From Rozella allomycis CSF55 (lineage: Eukaryota), in NCBI GenBank assembly GCA_000442015.1, contig KE561158.1, forward strand, positions 1-64,000: a DNA stretch of 64,000 nucleotides, in the 5' to 3' direction. Numbering within the stretch: the first letter of the stretch is position 1; every line of letters starts with the position of its first letter. A program made the position numbers and the translations under genes. Positions 61,859-64,000 of this stretch are shown here, in pieces. The notes beneath the pieces are model-generated. The model was not told where the DNA came from, did not search any database, and saw only the letters and a program-made list of their open reading frames with translations.

Positions 61859-62522
61859 TATAACTGAAACCAATCTTGATCCCGAGCTTCAATTTGGGAT
61901 GTAGGAACAGTGACTTTTATAATCTATTTTGAGAATTTGCAGTGTATTACGTTTAGACGTGCATTTCCTTGAAATATTGGTTCCCTCGACACCTGTATAT
62001 TCTCTGTTGGACGATCTTCAGTGATATTAATTTCTTGTACTCGATTTCATAAATAATTATGACCTTACAATATTTCCCACGCCATGTCCTTTCGACAACT
62101 ACCACACTGATGATTGACTATTTCAGATTACGTTACTTTGAATTTGAGATCAATGATTTGAGATTATTTAATGATCCAGACAATTTTTTCGATTTATGTG
62201 ATGNGCACTGATGATTGACTATTTCAGATTAGGTTACTTTGAATTTGAGATGAATTTTTTGAGATTATTTAATGATCCAGACAATTTTTTCGATTTATGT
62301 GATGATATAATCTTCATGATTTCCTCTGGGCAGTCGTAAACCAACAAATTCAGCGATGATCCTTGTGACGCCTATAATCACTTATAAGGATATAAAACCT
62401 TAGACAGCAGTTCAAAAGATTCCATAGCTGATAACATTCTATTCTTGTAGCCTAAAAGAGGCAAGGCAACGTCAAAAATACTCATGGGAAATTCCAAAAA
62501 CATTTTTTATGAAAAATGAAAT

Positions 62523-63272
62523 TTATTTCTTTTGTTCAGTCTTCTTTGGAGCAGCTTTCTTTGGCTCTTCACCATACTGAGCTAAAAGAGCATCTTTCTT
62601 GGCTTGAACACGAGCAGCACGACGTTCACGGACGTTCTTGTTTCTTGCACGTTGAGCTTCAGCTTGATCACTTGATTCAAATTTATGAATAAAATTTACG
62701 CTAACAATTTGGCACGTTGTTTTTCATTCTTGGCCTTGATGATATATTCCATCAAAACACGCTTGTTCTTGAAAACATTACCCTTTGACTTGAGGTAAAG
62801 TTCACGGTACAAATGCTTGTCAATTTTGCCAGCTTCCCTGTATTTTCTTAGGAGGCGTCTCAAGACACGTTGACGGCGCATCCAGATGACCATGCTTGGC
62901 ATACGAGCTTCAGCAGTACCTTGGCGTTTACCATATCCAGTATGACGACCTTTACGCTTGGCAGCCAATCTTTCACGAACACGGAATCTGGAGTGCATAG
63001 CTTGTGGTTGACGGATGATCAAACCATCTTTTACTAACTTGCGAATATCTTTGCCTAAAATTAAAATATGTTCAACAAAAAAATATTAAAGCAAATTGAA
63101 TGATCGTGTAATTTGAAACAGTTGCTTACGAGAATTTGCATTTCCGATGTTTTCAGTTTCCTTTGGATCCAACCAAACTTTGCGTTTTCCACATCCGAGA
63201 ACGGAAGCTGCTAAACGTTTCTGAGAGCGTAAATTTGGCCTAAACGTAACATATATAAGCTTAAAATTACAT
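62523..63272 (-). CDS. RPL19: 60S ribosomal protein L19 (3 introns; first splits the start codon)
   Basis: [26 protein letters not shown]...[13 protein letters not shown]...[15 protein letters not shown]. Confidence 0.96.
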
Positions 63273-63451
63273 TAGAGGGAAATTTACAGGGGTCGTATTC
63301 GAAAAAAAAATTCACAAATTTTGGAATTGGAATTATCAGAAATTCTAAAAACTCTGTTTTTCACCATAAAATAACGAGTTTATAACTTTTATGAAAAATT
63401 TATCCCCATTTGTATATCTATTTGATAACACTCATTTTTCAATTTTTGTAA

Positions 63452-63709
63452 ATGTCGAAAATATTTGATAGCACTAAAGAGCCCAATATTATCGGAGTAA
63501 CTAAAGTATGGTAAATCAGTTATGTTATTTATTAAAGGATAGGAATATACTTTCTTACAGTTGCGGGATATTTAGGTGCCAAAGCCTATTTATCTCGAGA
63601 AAGAAGAAATGAAGCAAAATTGAAGTTTGAGAGAAATCAAGAGAGAATAAGAAATAAGAACTTTATGTATAATGAACCAATGCAGAAGAAGAAATATGAA
63701 TATTACTAA
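63452..63709 (+). CDS. Small single-TM protein (~66 aa, 1 intron), absent from the ORF track
   Basis: MSKIFDSTKEPNIIGVTKVW|IGIYFLTVAGYLGAKAYLSRERR...; removing a 27-nt GT-AG intron gives a clean TM helix. Confidence 0.55.
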
Positions 63710-63766
63710 TAAATGAACTTTCAACCCAGATGAATGTCAATTGATTAATACAACATGTTTATTGAT

Positions 63767-64000
63767 CTATGTTGCTTCTTCTATTTCTTCGTCTGGAACA
63801 GATACGTATCCTTCATTTGATACACTTTTATATTTATAGTTTTTGCAAATGCGCATATATAGGAGAATTGCCAGCACTAAAATACCCGAATACATGACGG
63901 ATGTNGGAACAGATACGTATCCTTCATTTGATGCACTTTTATATTTATAGTTTTTGCAAATGCGGATATATAGGAGAATTGCCAGCACTAAAATACCCGA
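63767..64000 (-). CDS. 3' end of a single-pass membrane protein (duplicated at n63905)
   Basis: TM helix followed by a cytosolic tail with GYVSV and acidic end. Confidence 0.55.
   Translation of the reverse strand, partial: SGILVLAILLYIRICKNYKYKSASNEGYVSVXTSVMYSGILVLAILLYMRICKNYKYKSVSNEGYVSVPDEEIEEAT

Overview
AT-rich, very gene-dense eukaryotic DNA with spliceosomal introns mostly 24-33 nt long. The gene content (chitin-fungus-type GT15 mannosyltransferase and Rvs161, plus flagellar ODAD4/TTC25 and DRC10/IQCD) points to a zoosporic early-diverging fungus; a Rozella-like Cryptomycota is my inference, not a search result. I reconstructed about 35 protein genes by reading through the introns, including several the ORF track misses (URM1, RPAP2, aprataxin, a 66-aa membrane protein). 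There are two tRNA genes. Main observations: (1) an unannotated U11 minor-spliceosome snRNA at ~16953-17080; (2) at least three tiny introns that only restore conserved motifs if spliced GT-TG, plus two GAG acceptors, suggesting 3' splice sites chosen largely by length; (3) an intronless, frameshifted FAH retrocopy next to four Helitron-like GCGAAGC-hairpin/CTAG ends; (4) a second structured ncRNA candidate with the same PSE-like upstream motif as U11; (5) a LINE fragment and an unknown repeat inside an adenylate kinase intron; (6) a PAH / tRNA-Tyr / FAH neighbourhood; (7) a membrane protein with five PAS domains, four of FixL heme type; (8) a coiled-coil protein with seven tandem LC8-type motifs. 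Single 'n' joins with duplicated flanks are assembly overlaps. All family assignments are by eye from motifs; no database search was run.
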